The notes: a model not told the origin generated them from the sequence alone. DNA of 40,495 nucleotides from an uncultured Bacillota bacterium (GCA_946629205.1 CAMOXP010000001.1:1-40495), one strand, 5' to 3'. Positions 18,460-28,881 are shown, numbered from the stretch's first letter. Numbers and translations are program-made.

Positions 18460-18796
18460 CTCGTTTTACCCCCTCCACATGGATGTTCACTGCGTTAAGT
18501 TTCATATTGGTCATGCTGCGGATCTCTTTTTTCACATTCTCCTGGATATCCCAGGCGACCTGTGGGATCTTGCAGCCATAAGATACGATGACATGAAGAT
18601 CGATCTCGATATTTTCATTGTTCCGCGTTACTTTGGCGCCTTTGGCTACCAGTTCCTTGCCGCGGATGCTCTTGCTGATGATGTTTTGGATACTGCCTGC
18701 CATTTCCGCTACGCCTTCAGTCTTCAGGGTCGCGTTGATGGCACAGACAGCCAGCACATCGTCTGATACTTCCAGGATTTCGTTATCTTCTGCCAT
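18446..18796 (-). CDS. Asp23/Gls24-family protein
   Basis: EGVAEM, IDLHVIVSYG.KIPQVAWDIQENVK, VNIHVEGV; usual position upstream of nusB. Confidence 0.9.
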   Translation of the reverse strand: MAEDNEILEVSDDVLAVCAINATLKTEGVAEMAGSIQNIISKSIRGKELVAKGAKVTRNNENIEIDLHVIVSYGCKIPQVAWDIQENVKKEIRSMTNMKLNAVNIHVEGVKRDDQE

Positions 18797-20130
18797 TATT
18801 CCCGTTCCTTATCTTCTTTGTTGATTTTCATGATGACTTTTTCGATTCGCCTGTCTTTAACAGAATCGATGGTGAATACAACACCATCAATGGAGACTTC
18901 TTTCCCGATATCATCTTCGTCAGGGATCTCACCGAACATGTCGATGATCAGACCTCCAATGGTCTCTGAATTCTCAGACTCGAGATTTGTGCCCAGCTCT
19001 TCATTGATATCATTCAGGTCCATACTGCCTTCGATCATATAGAGGTTTTCTCCGATCTTCGTCAGTTCCTGTTCCTCCTCGTCGTACTCGTCATCGATAT
19101 CCCCCATGACCTCCTCGATGATATCCTCCATGGTGACGATGCCGCAAAATCCGCCGTATTCATCGATCAGCACCGCGATCTGCTGCTTTGTTTTCTGCAG
19201 TTCGAAAAACAGCGAGTCGATGTTCTTCGTCTCCGGGACAAAATACGGCGTCCGCAGGATCGCGCGTATGTCGACATTGTCGAATCCCTGTTCTCTGGCC
19301 CGGATAAGGTAATCCTTGATATTCAGGATACCGATGATATTGTCGCTGTCATCCTCATATACCGGTATCCGGGAATACTTCAGGCTCATCAGTTCGTCGA
19401 TGTACTCCGATGGTTCGTCATTGATATCGATTGCAAATACATCCGTGCGCGGCGTCATGATCTCGTATGCGAGAATATCGTCGAAGGCAAATACGCCGGT
19501 AATCATTTTTTTGCCTTCTTCTTTTAGTTCTCCGCTCTCCTGTCCTGCTTCCAGCATCTCCACGATATCATCTTCAGAGTACTCGTTATCGTTCAGATCT
19601 GCTCTCTGCCGGAACAGTTTGAGAAACAGGATCGCCAGTCCTGCGATGCAAACAGTGACCGGTTTCAGAATGGCGTTCAATACTTTGATGCTGGCAGATG
19701 TTGTCATGACGACGCCTTCTGCATGCTGCATAGCGATTCTTCTCGGCAGCATTTCGCCAAGCGACATCAGAAAGATCAGGGATACAAACAGCACGATCAG
19801 AAATACGACAACCTGCGCAGCGATTTCCGCCTCCCAAAGCACCGCGAGACGCACATACAGAGGAATCCCCAGATAGACCATGCACACAATGCAGTACAGC
19901 ATGTAGATCAGAACGTTCATGACCCTCAGCGACAGCTTATAGACCGGAGGGTTCTCCATGATCGGCAGCGCGCGTGCCGCCTTTCTGTTTCCATCATCAG
20001 CAAGTTCCCTGATTTTCACTTTGTTGGCCTCTGAAATGGATTTTCTCGCCGCTGCAAACCATCCATTGATCAGTATGAGCGCCAGAGCTAGAACCACACC
20101 CCATAAGGGCAGATACGGCCCTTCTGACAT
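18796..20130 (-). CDS. CNNM(DUF21)-CBS-CBS-CorC/HlyC 'hemolysin family' protein, probable Mg2+/Co2+ transporter
   Basis: N-terminal TM bundle with GEMLPR, IMTPRTD, YSRIPVYE, VLIDEYGG..GIVTMEDIIEE, ETIGG. Confidence 0.9.
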   Translation of the reverse strand: MSEGPYLPLWGVVLALALILINGWFAAARKSISEANKVKIRELADDGNRKAARALPIMENPPVYKLSLRVMNVLIYMLYCIVCMVYLGIPLYVRLAVLWEAEIAAQVVVFLIVLFVSLIFLMSLGEMLPRRIAMQHAEGVVMTTSASIKVLNAILKPVTVCIAGLAILFLKLFRQRADLNDNEYSEDDIVEMLEAGQESGELKEEGKKMITGVFAFDDILAYEIMTPRTDVFAIDINDEPSEYIDELMSLKYSRIPVYEDDSDNIIGILNIKDYLIRAREQGFDNVDIRAILRTPYFVPETKNIDSLFFELQKTKQQIAVLIDEYGGFCGIVTMEDIIEEVMGDIDDEYDEEEQELTKIGENLYMIEGSMDLNDINEELGTNLESENSETIGGLIIDMFGEIPDEDDIGKEVSIDGVVFTIDSVKDRRIEKVIMKINKEDKERE

Positions 20131-20133
20131 TTC

Positions 20134-21357
20134 TTATTTCTCCTTTCTGAGCATGAACATCTCAGCCACAGGCTGAGTCATCTTTATCTTAAGAATCTGT
20201 TGAGGATGCGGAGCGCTGCTGATCGGCTCCCCTTCCTCGTCAGTCATATATTCAAGTTTCTGTGTGAAGTACCCGCCCCTGGGGCCGAACACTTCAATCG
20301 TATCTCCGAGATCCATCTTGTTTCTCTGCTCGACTGTGGCGATGCCGCTGACAGCGTCATAGTCTTTCACTAGTCCGACGAAACTGTAATCGCGAACATA
20401 ATCGCTGGTCAGATATTCCTGATCCTCACCTGTCGGTTTCCTGAAGTAAAACCCGGTGGTGAACTCCCGGTGACTGGCTTTGCACATTTCGCCCGCCCAG
20501 TCCGGATCGTAGACATACCCTTCCGGGTCCTGATAGTATGCGTCGATCGCTGTGCGGTAGGCCTTGATCACATGTGCAATATAGAAGATACTCTTCATCC
20601 GGCCTTCGATCTTGAAGGAATCGATTCCTGCGCCGATCAGTTCCGGCAGGTCTTCAAGCATGCAGAGGTCTTTGCTGTTGAAAATATACGTTCCTCTGTC
20701 GTCTTCATCCACCGGCCAGTATTCGCCCGGACGTTTCTCCTCCTCCAGCCTGTATTTGTATCTGCACGGATGAGCGCAGGCGCCCCGGTTGGCGTCCCGT
20801 CCCGTCATAAAGTTGCTCAGCAGGCACCGCCCTGAGTATGAAATGCACATTGCGCCATGCACAAAGGCCTCCAGTTCCGTATCCGCGGGCAGTTTGTCTC
20901 TGATCTGCCGGATTTCCTCCAGCGTCAGTTCCCTGGCCAGAACAAGGCGCTTCACACCCTGTTTTCTCCAGTAATTGGCTGTTACGTAATTGGTCATATT
21001 TGCCTGCGTGGAAAGGTGGATCTCAGCCTTTGGGATCTCCTCACGCAGCAGCTGCATGACCGCAGGATCCGAAACGATGTACGCATCTACGGGGATGTCC
21101 CCGATCTCCTTGAGATACTCCTGCAAAGGCCGGATATCCTCATTGTGCGCATATACGTTGAGCGCCATGTGACAACGCACGTTCCGTTCGTGCGCATATC
21201 GTACCGCCTCACGAATCTGCTCCACTGTCATATTGCCGGCTCCGGCTCTCAGCGAGAACATTTCCCCACCAAAATAGACAGCGTCGGCGCCGTACTCTAT
21301 CGCTATTTTCAGTTTTTCGAAATCGCCGGCAGGAGCCAGCAGTTCGACTCTTTTCAT
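20134..21357 (-). CDS. trhP: Peptidase U32-family tRNA hydroxylation protein (TrhP/YrrO-like)
   Basis: ELLAPAG, HLSTQ, LAREL, HGAMCISYSGRC...C..PCR Fe-S motif, KIEGRMKS, C-terminal domain. An alternative TTG start at 21378 overlaps the upstream stop. Confidence 0.85.
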   Translation of the reverse strand: MKRVELLAPAGDFEKLKIAIEYGADAVYFGGEMFSLRAGAGNMTVEQIREAVRYAHERNVRCHMALNVYAHNEDIRPLQEYLKEIGDIPVDAYIVSDPAVMQLLREEIPKAEIHLSTQANMTNYVTANYWRKQGVKRLVLARELTLEEIRQIRDKLPADTELEAFVHGAMCISYSGRCLLSNFMTGRDANRGACAHPCRYKYRLEEEKRPGEYWPVDEDDRGTYIFNSKDLCMLEDLPELIGAGIDSFKIEGRMKSIFYIAHVIKAYRTAIDAYYQDPEGYVYDPDWAGEMCKASHREFTTGFYFRKPTGEDQEYLTSDYVRDYSFVGLVKDYDAVSGIATVEQRNKMDLGDTIEVFGPRGGYFTQKLEYMTDEEGEPISSAPHPQQILKIKMTQPVAEMFMLRKEK

Positions 21358-21374
21358 ATGGTTGTTGTCGTTTC

Positions 21375-22037
21375 TCAAGTAATTGACTCGTTTTTTTCGA
21401 TGATACTGATCGACAGTCCGTCACCTATGGGCACGACAGTCGTGTCCGCATAGTCAAGATTGCTGATATACTCAATGAACTCGCGCATCCTCCTGGTAGA
21501 TGTCCAGTCTCTGCGCCTTGTGACACATTCATCGGAAGCCGTCATACCCTTTAACAGAACATTATCGCAAATCACGATGCTTTCCCTTCGCATGTACGGC
21601 ATTGCCAGATCCCAGAATTCCCTGTAATGGCTCTTGGCAGCGTCTATGAAAAGCAAATCATAGGGTGCTGCCGGATCAAGTCCTCTGAGCACTGCGCCTG
21701 CTTCACCGCAGACGACCTTGACCTGTCCGGTAAACCCGAGGTTTTCAATATTCGACCGCGCGGCTTTGGCAGATTCCTCATCCAGTTCGATACTGAGCAC
21801 GCTGCATCCGCAGCAGTCAGCGAATACACACGAAGAATAGCCCACTGCAGTACCGATTTCCAGTACGCGAGCGGGCTGTTTCAGTTTCATGATCACCTTG
21901 AGGAGCTTCTCCGTATCTCTACGGATCACAGGTATATTATGCGTTTCCGCAAATACCCTCAGCTCCGCAAGGTCTGTGTTCTCGTTAACGTAAAGGTTGT
22001 CAATGTACGCTGAAATTATTTCATTCGTAATGTTCAT
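21375..22037 (-). CDS. trmR: SAM-dependent O-methyltransferase (TrmR/YrrM-like)
   Basis: LEIGTAVGYS, DLLFIDAAKSHY, DNVL, IGDG; sits between mltG and the U32 gene as in B. subtilis yrrL-yrrM-yrrNO. Start moved to ATG 22037. Confidence 0.8.
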   Translation of the reverse strand: MNITNEIISAYIDNLYVNENTDLAELRVFAETHNIPVIRRDTEKLLKVIMKLKQPARVLEIGTAVGYSSCVFADCCGCSVLSIELDEESAKAARSNIENLGFTGQVKVVCGEAGAVLRGLDPAAPYDLLFIDAAKSHYREFWDLAMPYMRRESIVICDNVLLKGMTASDECVTRRRDWTSTRRMREFIEYISNLDYADTTVVPIGDGLSISIIEKNESIT

Positions 22038-22062
22038 AGTTGCTGGATCTGAAGGTCCGGCC

Positions 22063-23127
22063 CTATTGTTCCAGATCCTCCTCCGTCCAAGGATGAGCAT
22101 TCACATTCTTGGAATGTTCTTCATTGGTCTTGGCATAATATATGGTTCCGTCAGGACCTGCATAGAAGAACAGGTCGTCTGTATCCATGTAATGGAGCAC
22201 GCCGTCCAATGCAATGTCGGGTACAGCGCATATCGGTCCCGGAATCCAGCCGGAAACCTTTCTGGCGTTATACGGTGAATCCGAGTTGAGCTGCGACTGT
22301 TTGAGATCCACTCTGTCTTCATCGTAGATGTAGCAGACTGTGACATCACTGCCGAGCGACATATCGCTCTTCAGCCGGTTCATGAAAACGCCTGCGATAT
22401 GAGAGGCATCTTCTTCAGTGGCGCACCCTTCCTTCGTGACAATGGAAGCCAGCGTCAGGAGCTTGTGGATCGACAGATCCGATTTCTCGATTTCGGCTTT
22501 CCGTTCGGTCAGAGCTTCATCCATTTCATCAAGCGCAAGTTCCGTGATGCTCTCCAGCGACGGGTCTTCATCTGTGATGAAATAGGTGTCCGGGAACAGA
22601 TATCCTTCCAGAGGATGCATGACATCCTCTCCAAGCACGTCCTTTGTCAGGAACCAGTACTTGTCGATCAGTTCGTTGACATAGTCCTTGCTGTCCCACT
22701 TGGCCATGATTTCCTTGCTGGAATACTGGGAAACATCCGCGAGCGCTTCCGCGCACTGGGTCAGTCTGGCACCCTCCGCGATCCGGAATGACGTCTTCGA
22801 AATATAATTGAAATCTCCTGTATTGATGACGTTCATGATTTCCGGAAAACTCATGGACTTGTTCAGGACATAGGTGTTCGCCTGAAGCGTATCGTAGCCA
22901 GTAAGTCTGGCGTTGATCTTAGCGAACAGCGGATCCTTGATCAGGCCTGCTTCATCGAGTTGCTCGATGATTGAGTTGGCACCGCTGCCGTCGATCACAG
23001 TGACTGTGATTTCATTTTTATCCTTCGGATCAACTGCTTTGAGACCATTGAAGTAGGCAAAGACCGCAGCTGCGATTCCCAGCGCAATGATCAGCAGTAT
23101 GAGGATCAGGATCTTTGCTTTTGACAT
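22063..23127 (-). CDS. mltG: Endolytic transglycosylase MltG (YceG family)
   Basis: N-terminal TM, LEGYLFPDTY, LTLASIVTKE with catalytic Glu, GVFMNRL, DSPYN, PGPI. Confidence 0.92.
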   Translation of the reverse strand: MSKAKILILILLIIALGIAAAVFAYFNGLKAVDPKDKNEITVTVIDGSGANSIIEQLDEAGLIKDPLFAKINARLTGYDTLQANTYVLNKSMSFPEIMNVINTGDFNYISKTSFRIAEGARLTQCAEALADVSQYSSKEIMAKWDSKDYVNELIDKYWFLTKDVLGEDVMHPLEGYLFPDTYFITDEDPSLESITELALDEMDEALTERKAEIEKSDLSIHKLLTLASIVTKEGCATEEDASHIAGVFMNRLKSDMSLGSDVTVCYIYDEDRVDLKQSQLNSDSPYNARKVSGWIPGPICAVPDIALDGVLHYMDTDDLFFYAGPDGTIYYAKTNEEHSKNVNAHPWTEEDLEQ

Positions 23128-23687
23128 TATTTAGATCTCCCTAAATATTCTCCTGTTCTTGTATCGATCTGGATTCTCTCACCTTCCTCGATAAAGATCG
23201 GCACTTTGATCACTGCGCCTGTTTCTACTGTCGCGTCCTTTGTAACGTTTGTCGCAGTATCACCCTTGACACCCGGTTCTGTTTCAGTAACGAGAAGATC
23301 GACGAAATTAGGAGCCTCCACGAGGAAAGCATTGCCTTTGTAGAACTTGATGGTTGCTTCGTCATTCTCTCTCAGATACTTCATCGCTTCCTCGACCTGA
23401 TCCTCCGAAAGAGGAATCTGATCATAGGTGTCAGGATCCATGAAGTAATACAGTTCCCCATCGGAATAAAGGTACTGCATGGTCTTTGTCTCGATATGAG
23501 CCTTCGGGAACTTGGCGTCCGGATTGAAGGACTCTTCCTTGATCGCACCTGTAAGTATGTTCTTATGCTTTGTCCTTACAAAAGCCGCACCCTTGCCAGG
23601 CTTAACGTGCTGGAAATCAAGAACGACATGTGGATCGCCGTCGATTTCAAATGTAATACCTTTTCTGAAATCACCTGCATAAATCAT
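23127..23687 (-). CDS. efp: Elongation factor P
   Basis: [37 protein letters not shown]. Confidence 0.98.
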   Translation of the reverse strand: MIYAGDFRKGITFEIDGDPHVVLDFQHVKPGKGAAFVRTKHKNILTGAIKEESFNPDAKFPKAHIETKTMQYLYSDGELYYFMDPDTYDQIPLSEDQVEEAMKYLRENDEATIKFYKGNAFLVEAPNFVDLLVTETEPGVKGDTATNVTKDATVETGAVIKVPIFIEEGERIQIDTRTGEYLGRSK

Positions 23688-23748
23688 TAGTTTCTCGCCT
23701 TTCTTATATTCTGTGATAGCTGATATACTTATTGTTCTGCTTTAACTG

Positions 23749-23777
23749 ATTATACCAAATACAGAGCTCATTGCCAA
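23749..23777 (-). promoter_or_regulatory. Sigma-A promoter upstream of efp: TTGGCA-N17-TATAAT with extended -10 TG
   Basis: Minus strand: -35 TTGGCA (23777-23772), -10 TATAAT (23754-23749) preceded by TGG; lies in the largest internal gap. Confidence 0.75.
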
Positions 23778-23810
23778 TACCCGGCGTGTCTCAGGGCGGT
23801 ATCGGACGTA

Positions 23811-24173
23811 CTACATCATATTGCCGAAGTCGCCCATTGGGCCCATGCCGAAGTCGGCAGCGTCGCCAACGATCTTGTAGACATCGGACATCATGGTGCT
23901 GAATCTCATCTGGCACTGGAAGTATTCGCTTGTCAGCGGATCCTGCATGAGCACAGCGCTCAGCTGCTGGAGATTCATGAACTTTTCCTGATCCATCTCC
24001 TTCCCCATAAGCTGATCCGCCTGGAACTCGAACTGCTGTTTCATGAAATCCTTGACGGCGCTGTCCAGATCGGGATTCTCCTCCAGTCTTTTTCTTACTG
24101 CATTGTACTGTTTGCATTCTTCTGATTCTTTGATTGCTGTTGCCAGCTGATGGGCCTGATCATATACATTCAT
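23811..24173 (-). CDS. YlbF/YheA-family (Com_YlbF) regulator
   Basis: Start ATG 24173 (GGAGG at 24181-24185, ATGA overlap with the rnj stop); MNVYDQAHQLATAIKESEE and a helical Gln-rich body. Confidence 0.85.
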   Translation of the reverse strand: MNVYDQAHQLATAIKESEECKQYNAVRKRLEENPDLDSAVKDFMKQQFEFQADQLMGKEMDQEKFMNLQQLSAVLMQDPLTSEYFQCQMRFSTMMSDVYKIVGDAADFGMGPMGDFGNMM

Positions 24174-25963
24174 ATTGAAACCTCCATAAATATCGGCAGT
24201 ATTATCGGACTTCTGCCTGTCTTGCTGTAAATGTACTTCCGCATTCCTTCCCGGACGGCTGTCTTGATGCCGTTCCAGTCTCTCATATCGCTCGACAGAC
24301 AATCTATAATGATCGACTCTGCCTGTTCGCGGGCAGCGTCGATCAGATCCTCATGTTCACGCACATAGACAAAGCCTCTTGAAATGATGTCGGGGCCTGA
24401 CACGATCATGCCTTCTTCCCGATCGATCGAAGCAACAACGATGATCAGACCTGACTCTGAAAGGAGTCTTCTGTCCCTGAGCACGATGTTTCCGACATCG
24501 CCCACGCCAAGCCCATCGACGAAGATGCCGTCTGACTGGGCTGCGTCTTCGATTTTGACCGCCGACTTGCTGTTGATCTGCAGACAGTCTCCATTATCCA
24601 GAATGAAGATGTTCTCCTTCGGCATTCCGAGATCCTGCGCAAGCTGGGCGTGCGTACGAAGGTGCCTGGCTTCACCGTGAACCGGCATAAAGTACTTCGG
24701 CCGGATCAGGGAGTGCATGAGCTTCAGTTCTTCCTGACAGGCATGGCCTGAAACATGGGTTTCAGCGATGTCCGAATATATGACTTCGGCGCCCTTTTCG
24801 ACCAATTTGTTTACGACGTTGGCTACGGTCAGTTCATTGCCCGGCACGGGAGTCGATGACAGGATAACCATGTCGTTTGCACGGATGTTGATATTCTTAT
24901 GCTCATTCGACGCCATTCTGGCAAGTGCCGACATCGGTTCTCCCTGGCTTCCGGTCGTGATGATCACTAGCTCTCTGTCAGGTATGTTCCCGGCCTTGTT
25001 CAAATCAATGAGTTTGCTGTCAGGAATCTTGATGTAGCCAAGTTCCCTGGCAAGTTCCACGACATTGACCATGCTTCTGCCTGAAATCGCAACCTTCCTG
25101 CGGCATTTCATGGCGATGTCTATGATTTTCTGTATTCTGTGCACGTTGGAGGAAAATGTCGCTATGAGGATACGCTTGTTCGTTCCCAGGAATATTCCCT
25201 CCAGTGTTTCTCCAACGACCCTTTCGGACTGCGTGTATCCCGGTCTGACAACATTGGTGCTGTCTGCCATCATCAGCAGGACGCCCTCCTGCCCGATTTG
25301 GGCCAGCCGCGAAAAATCGATTGGATTTCCGTCGACCGGCGTGTAGTCGATCTTGAAATCTCCGGTGTGAAAGATCCTTCCGGCCGGCGTCTTGATGCTG
25401 TAGCACACAGAATCCGCAATAGAATGCGTGATCCTGATTGGCTCCACATTGAAGTGTTTGCCGACGCGGAACTCCTTACCTGCTTCTATATAGCGGAAAT
25501 CACCTCGGATCCCGTGCTCCCTGAGTTTGCTCTCGATCAGTCCGAGGGGGAAACGCAGGCCGTAGATCGGCGTCTTTATTTCCTTCAGGAGATACGGAAC
25601 AGCTCCGATGTGATCCTCATGCCCGTGGGTGATGATCAATCCGCTTATTTTCTTCTGTGTATTGATCAGATAATCAAAATCCGGAATGACCTTATCGATA
25701 CCGAACATGTCGTCATCAGGGAAAGAGAGTCCGCAGTCCACGAGCAGGATCTCATCCTCATACTCTATGGCTGTCATATTCTTGCCGATTTCCCCCAGTC
25801 CTCCAAGCGGGATGATCCGGACTTTCGGCGCAGCTTTCTTCGTTGCTGTTTTTGCTTTTTTCTGTTCCTTTTTCGGAGTGGATTTTGACTTTCTTGTATC
25901 TTTATTGTTTTTAGTGCTTTCTTTTGTTGCTTTTTCTCTAGTTGTTTTTTTCTTTTCTCCCAT
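24170..25963 (-). CDS. rnj: Ribonuclease J
   Basis: PLGGLGEIGKNM, THGHEDHIG, HTGDFK, TGSQGEP, HVSGHA, PVHGE; carries a Lys-rich N-terminal extension. Confidence 0.96.
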   Translation of the reverse strand: MGEKKKTTREKATKESTKNNKDTRKSKSTPKKEQKKAKTATKKAAPKVRIIPLGGLGEIGKNMTAIEYEDEILLVDCGLSFPDDDMFGIDKVIPDFDYLINTQKKISGLIITHGHEDHIGAVPYLLKEIKTPIYGLRFPLGLIESKLREHGIRGDFRYIEAGKEFRVGKHFNVEPIRITHSIADSVCYSIKTPAGRIFHTGDFKIDYTPVDGNPIDFSRLAQIGQEGVLLMMADSTNVVRPGYTQSERVVGETLEGIFLGTNKRILIATFSSNVHRIQKIIDIAMKCRRKVAISGRSMVNVVELARELGYIKIPDSKLIDLNKAGNIPDRELVIITTGSQGEPMSALARMASNEHKNINIRANDMVILSSTPVPGNELTVANVVNKLVEKGAEVIYSDIAETHVSGHACQEELKLMHSLIRPKYFMPVHGEARHLRTHAQLAQDLGMPKENIFILDNGDCLQINSKSAVKIEDAAQSDGIFVDGLGVGDVGNIVLRDRRLLSESGLIIVVASIDREEGMIVSGPDIISRGFVYVREHEDLIDAAREQAESIIIDCLSSDMRDWNGIKTAVREGMRKYIYSKTGRSPIILPIFMEVSI

Positions 25964-25964
25964 A

Positions 25965-26009
25965 GAATCCTTTCCGGGACTCGTAGTTATTTGATCCTTT
26001 CAGGGATCA
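25965..26009 (-). promoter_or_regulatory. Two tandem RNA hairpins in the leuS-rnj gap; the proximal one covers the rnj SD
   Basis: mRNA UGAUCC-CUGAAA-GGAUCA (26009-25992) and GAGUCC-CGGAAA-GGAUUC (25982-25965). Function is inferred. Confidence 0.5.
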
Positions 26010-28505
26010 GCCTTTTACTACGATGTTGATAAGTCTGCCCGGTACAGCGATGACCTTGACGACATTCTTACCATCCGTAAGCCCCTTTATTTTTTCATTC
26101 TCGTCGGCGATCTGAAGCATGTCTTCCTTTGTTGCATCGCCTGGAATGTTGATCTTTTCTTTGTTTTTGCCGTTGATCTGCACGACGATCTCGATTTCGT
26201 CTTTCTTCAATGCCTCTTCATCATAGGTTGGCCAGCTCTGTTCATAAACAGTGCCTTCATAACCGAGTTCCTGCCACAGTTCTTCTGTGATATGCGGAAC
26301 AAACGGCGCCAGAAGAACGATCATCGTCTTGATCACGGTGCTGTAGAGTGCGTCGTTGATTTCGCCCTCTTTGTATTTGTACAGTTCGTTTACGAGTTCC
26401 ATAACGGCGCTGATCGCCGTGTTGAAGTTGAATCTGTCGCGGATGTCCTCAGTGACCTTCTTGATCGTATAGTGGAGCGTATAAGCCAGTTTCTTGTCCG
26501 CTTCGTTTCTGATTTCGTATGAACCCGGGATGTTCTCGCACTTCTCCGTGAACTCGTAGGCCAGTCTCCAGATTCTGTTGAGGAAACGGTAACATCCTTC
26601 CACGCCGCGGTCAGACCACTCAAGTTCTCTTTCCGGCGGTGCCGCGAACAGAATGAACAGTCTGGCTGTGTCAGCGCCGTACTTGTCGATGATCTCTGCA
26701 GGGCTGACGACATTGCCAAGAGATTTGCTCATCTTGGCAGTCAGATAGTTTCCGTCCTTATCGGTATATCCCTTTGTGACCATCCCCTGTGTCAGCAGAT
26801 TGCGGAACGGTTCCTCATCTTTGACCAGGCCGAGATCATACAGGGCCATCTGGAAGAATCTCGCATACATCAGGTGCATGATAGCGTGCTCTACGCCGCC
26901 GATGTACTGGTCGACGTTCATCCAGTAATCCACTTTGTCTTTGCTGAAGACTTCTTCATCGTTTCTGGCGTCACAGTATCTCAGTTCATACCATGAGGAA
27001 TCCAGGAAGGTATCCATGGTATCCACTTCCCTCTTCGCAGGTTTTCCGCAGACCGGACATACCGTATCTACGAAGGATTTGCTGGTAACGATCGGGGATT
27101 CGCCTTTGCCTGTGAATTCTACGTCTGTCGGCAGGAGCACCGGAAGGTTCTCTTCTTTTTCAGGGACCCATCCGCAGTGTTCGCAGTAGATCATCGGGAT
27201 CGGCGTGCCCCAGTACCTCTGACGGGAAATGAGCCAGTCACGCAGTCTGTAGTTGATGGTTTTGCGTCCGATGCCTCTTTCGTCGGCCACTTCGGCGATC
27301 TTCTGGATGGCGTCCTTGTTGTCCATGCCGTTGAACTCGCCGGAGTTGATGACGGTACCTTCGGCAGCACAGGCTTCTTTCAGATCATTCAGATCGATGT
27401 CAGGATCATGCGGATCGATGACCGGGATGATCTCCAGACCGAATTTCTTAGCGAAGTCAAAGTCACGCTGGTCGTGGGCAGGTACGCCCATGACGGCGCC
27501 GGTTCCGTAACCCATCAGTACGTAATCCGCGATGAAGATCGGCATAGTTTTACCTGTAAATGGATTGATCGCGTATTTACCAATGAACACACCTGTCTTC
27601 TCATTAGTAGTTGATGTTCTGTCGATCTCGCTCATGTGGGCGCATCTGTCGATGTAAGCCATAACATCAGCTTCATATTCTGTACCCTTTACCATATCCG
27701 GGACAGATGGGTATTCCGGAGCCAGTACCATGAAGGTCGTTCCGTAGATGGTATCGATACGTGTGGTGAATACGGTCAGTGTTTCATCGTAGTCCTGGAT
27801 CTTGAACTGAGCTTCGGCGCCGTGTGACTTGCCGATCCAGTTTCTCTGCATGATTTTGACTTTGTTCGGCCATCCCTCGAGCTTGTCCAGATTATCCAGG
27901 AGACGTTCTGCGTAATCGGTGATCTTGAAATACCACTGTGACAGATTCTTCTTGCCGACAGAGGCGCCGCATCTTTCGCAGCAGCCGTCTACGACCTGTT
28001 CATTGGCCAGTACAGTCTGGCAGCTCGGGCACCAGTTGACCTGGCTTTCTTTCTTATATGCAAGCCCCGCCTTGTAGAACTGGATGAAGATCCACTGCAT
28101 CCATTTGTAATAGGACGGGTGAGCTGTCGCGACCTCTCTGTCCCAGTCATAGGAAAGTCCCAGCTGGCGCAGCTGGCGGTTCATCTCCGCAATATTGCCC
28201 CAGGTCCACTCAGCAGGTTCAACGTTATGCTGGATGGCAGCGTTTTCTGCAGGAAGACCGAAAGCGTCGTAGCCCATGGGATGGAGCACGTTAAAGCCGT
28301 TCATCGTTCTGAAACGGGCAATGACATCTCCAATGGAGTAGTTCCGCACGTGTCCCATGTGGAGTTTTCCGGACGGATAAGGGAACATCTCTAGTACGTA
28401 GTACTTCTCCTTATCGGGATCTTCTGTTACTTTGAAGGCTTTTGTATCTTCCCAAACCTTCTGCCATTTTCTTTCGATTTCACTGAAGTTATATTTGTCT
28501 TTCAT
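26007..28505 (-). CDS. leuS: Leucine--tRNA ligase
   Basis: [34 protein letters not shown]. Start ATG 28505 with GGAGG at 28511-28515. Confidence 0.98.
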   Translation of the reverse strand: MKDKYNFSEIERKWQKVWEDTKAFKVTEDPDKEKYYVLEMFPYPSGKLHMGHVRNYSIGDVIARFRTMNGFNVLHPMGYDAFGLPAENAAIQHNVEPAEWTWGNIAEMNRQLRQLGLSYDWDREVATAHPSYYKWMQWIFIQFYKAGLAYKKESQVNWCPSCQTVLANEQVVDGCCERCGASVGKKNLSQWYFKITDYAERLLDNLDKLEGWPNKVKIMQRNWIGKSHGAEAQFKIQDYDETLTVFTTRIDTIYGTTFMVLAPEYPSVPDMVKGTEYEADVMAYIDRCAHMSEIDRTSTTNEKTGVFIGKYAINPFTGKTMPIFIADYVLMGYGTGAVMGVPAHDQRDFDFAKKFGLEIIPVIDPHDPDIDLNDLKEACAAEGTVINSGEFNGMDNKDAIQKIAEVADERGIGRKTINYRLRDWLISRQRYWGTPIPMIYCEHCGWVPEKEENLPVLLPTDVEFTGKGESPIVTSKSFVDTVCPVCGKPAKREVDTMDTFLDSSWYELRYCDARNDEEVFSKDKVDYWMNVDQYIGGVEHAIMHLMYARFFQMALYDLGLVKDEEPFRNLLTQGMVTKGYTDKDGNYLTAKMSKSLGNVVSPAEIIDKYGADTARLFILFAAPPERELEWSDRGVEGCYRFLNRIWRLAYEFTEKCENIPGSYEIRNEADKKLAYTLHYTIKKVTEDIRDRFNFNTAISAVMELVNELYKYKEGEINDALYSTVIKTMIVLLAPFVPHITEELWQELGYEGTVYEQSWPTYDEEALKKDEIEIVVQINGKNKEKINIPGDATKEDMLQIADENEKIKGLTDGKNVVKVIAVPGRLINIVVKG

Positions 28506-28524
28506 CTTTTCCTCCAACTTACGG

Positions 28525-28881
28525 CTAATTGCAAAGTATTATCTCACAGTCTCCCCAGATTTTCTCCAGACTGTATTTCTCTCTCGCGTCCTGTGTCATG
28601 ACATTCACAATGACGTCTCTGTAGTCCATCAGGATCCAGGTTGGCTTGTTTTTTCCTTCTACGTTCTTCGGGAAGATCCCCAGAGGCTCCAGTACGTCCT
28701 CAACGGCTTCCCGCAGTGCCTGCGCATGTCTCTCGTTTCCGGCGCTGACCAGTACGAAGTAGTCAGCAAAGGAACTTCTCTCAGCGATGTTGATCAGCGC
28801 AACATCGATACCCTTCTTGTCATCCAGTGTTTTAGCAATCAGTTCTGCCAGTTCTTTTGGTTCCATTTCTTTTGGTTCCAT
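28525..28881 (-). CDS. rsfS: Ribosome silencing factor RsfS (Iojap)
   Basis: [36 protein letters not shown]...[10 protein letters not shown]. Start ATG 28881 (GGAGG upstream, TGATG overlap with yqeK). Confidence 0.93.
   Translation of the reverse strand: MEPKEMEPKELAELIAKTLDDKKGIDVALINIAERSSFADYFVLVSAGNERHAQALREAVEDVLEPLGIFPKNVEGKNKPTWILMDYRDVIVNVMTQDAREKYSLEKIWGDCEIILCN
28852..28881. repeat. Perfect 15-bp tandem duplication at the rsfS start ([10 protein letters not shown])
   Basis: TTCTTTTGGTTCCAT at 28852-28866 and 28867-28881. Confidence 0.9.

Noticed and set aside
12090-20130. tlyA and the 'hemolysin family' gene as virulence factors
   Set aside because: Motifs indicate an rRNA methyltransferase and a CNNM/CorC metal transporter; 'hemolysin' is a legacy label.
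23777-23802. Possible terminator after the ylbF-like gene
   Set aside because: Only a 5-bp outer stem (ATACC/GGTAT), poor inner pairing and no U tract.
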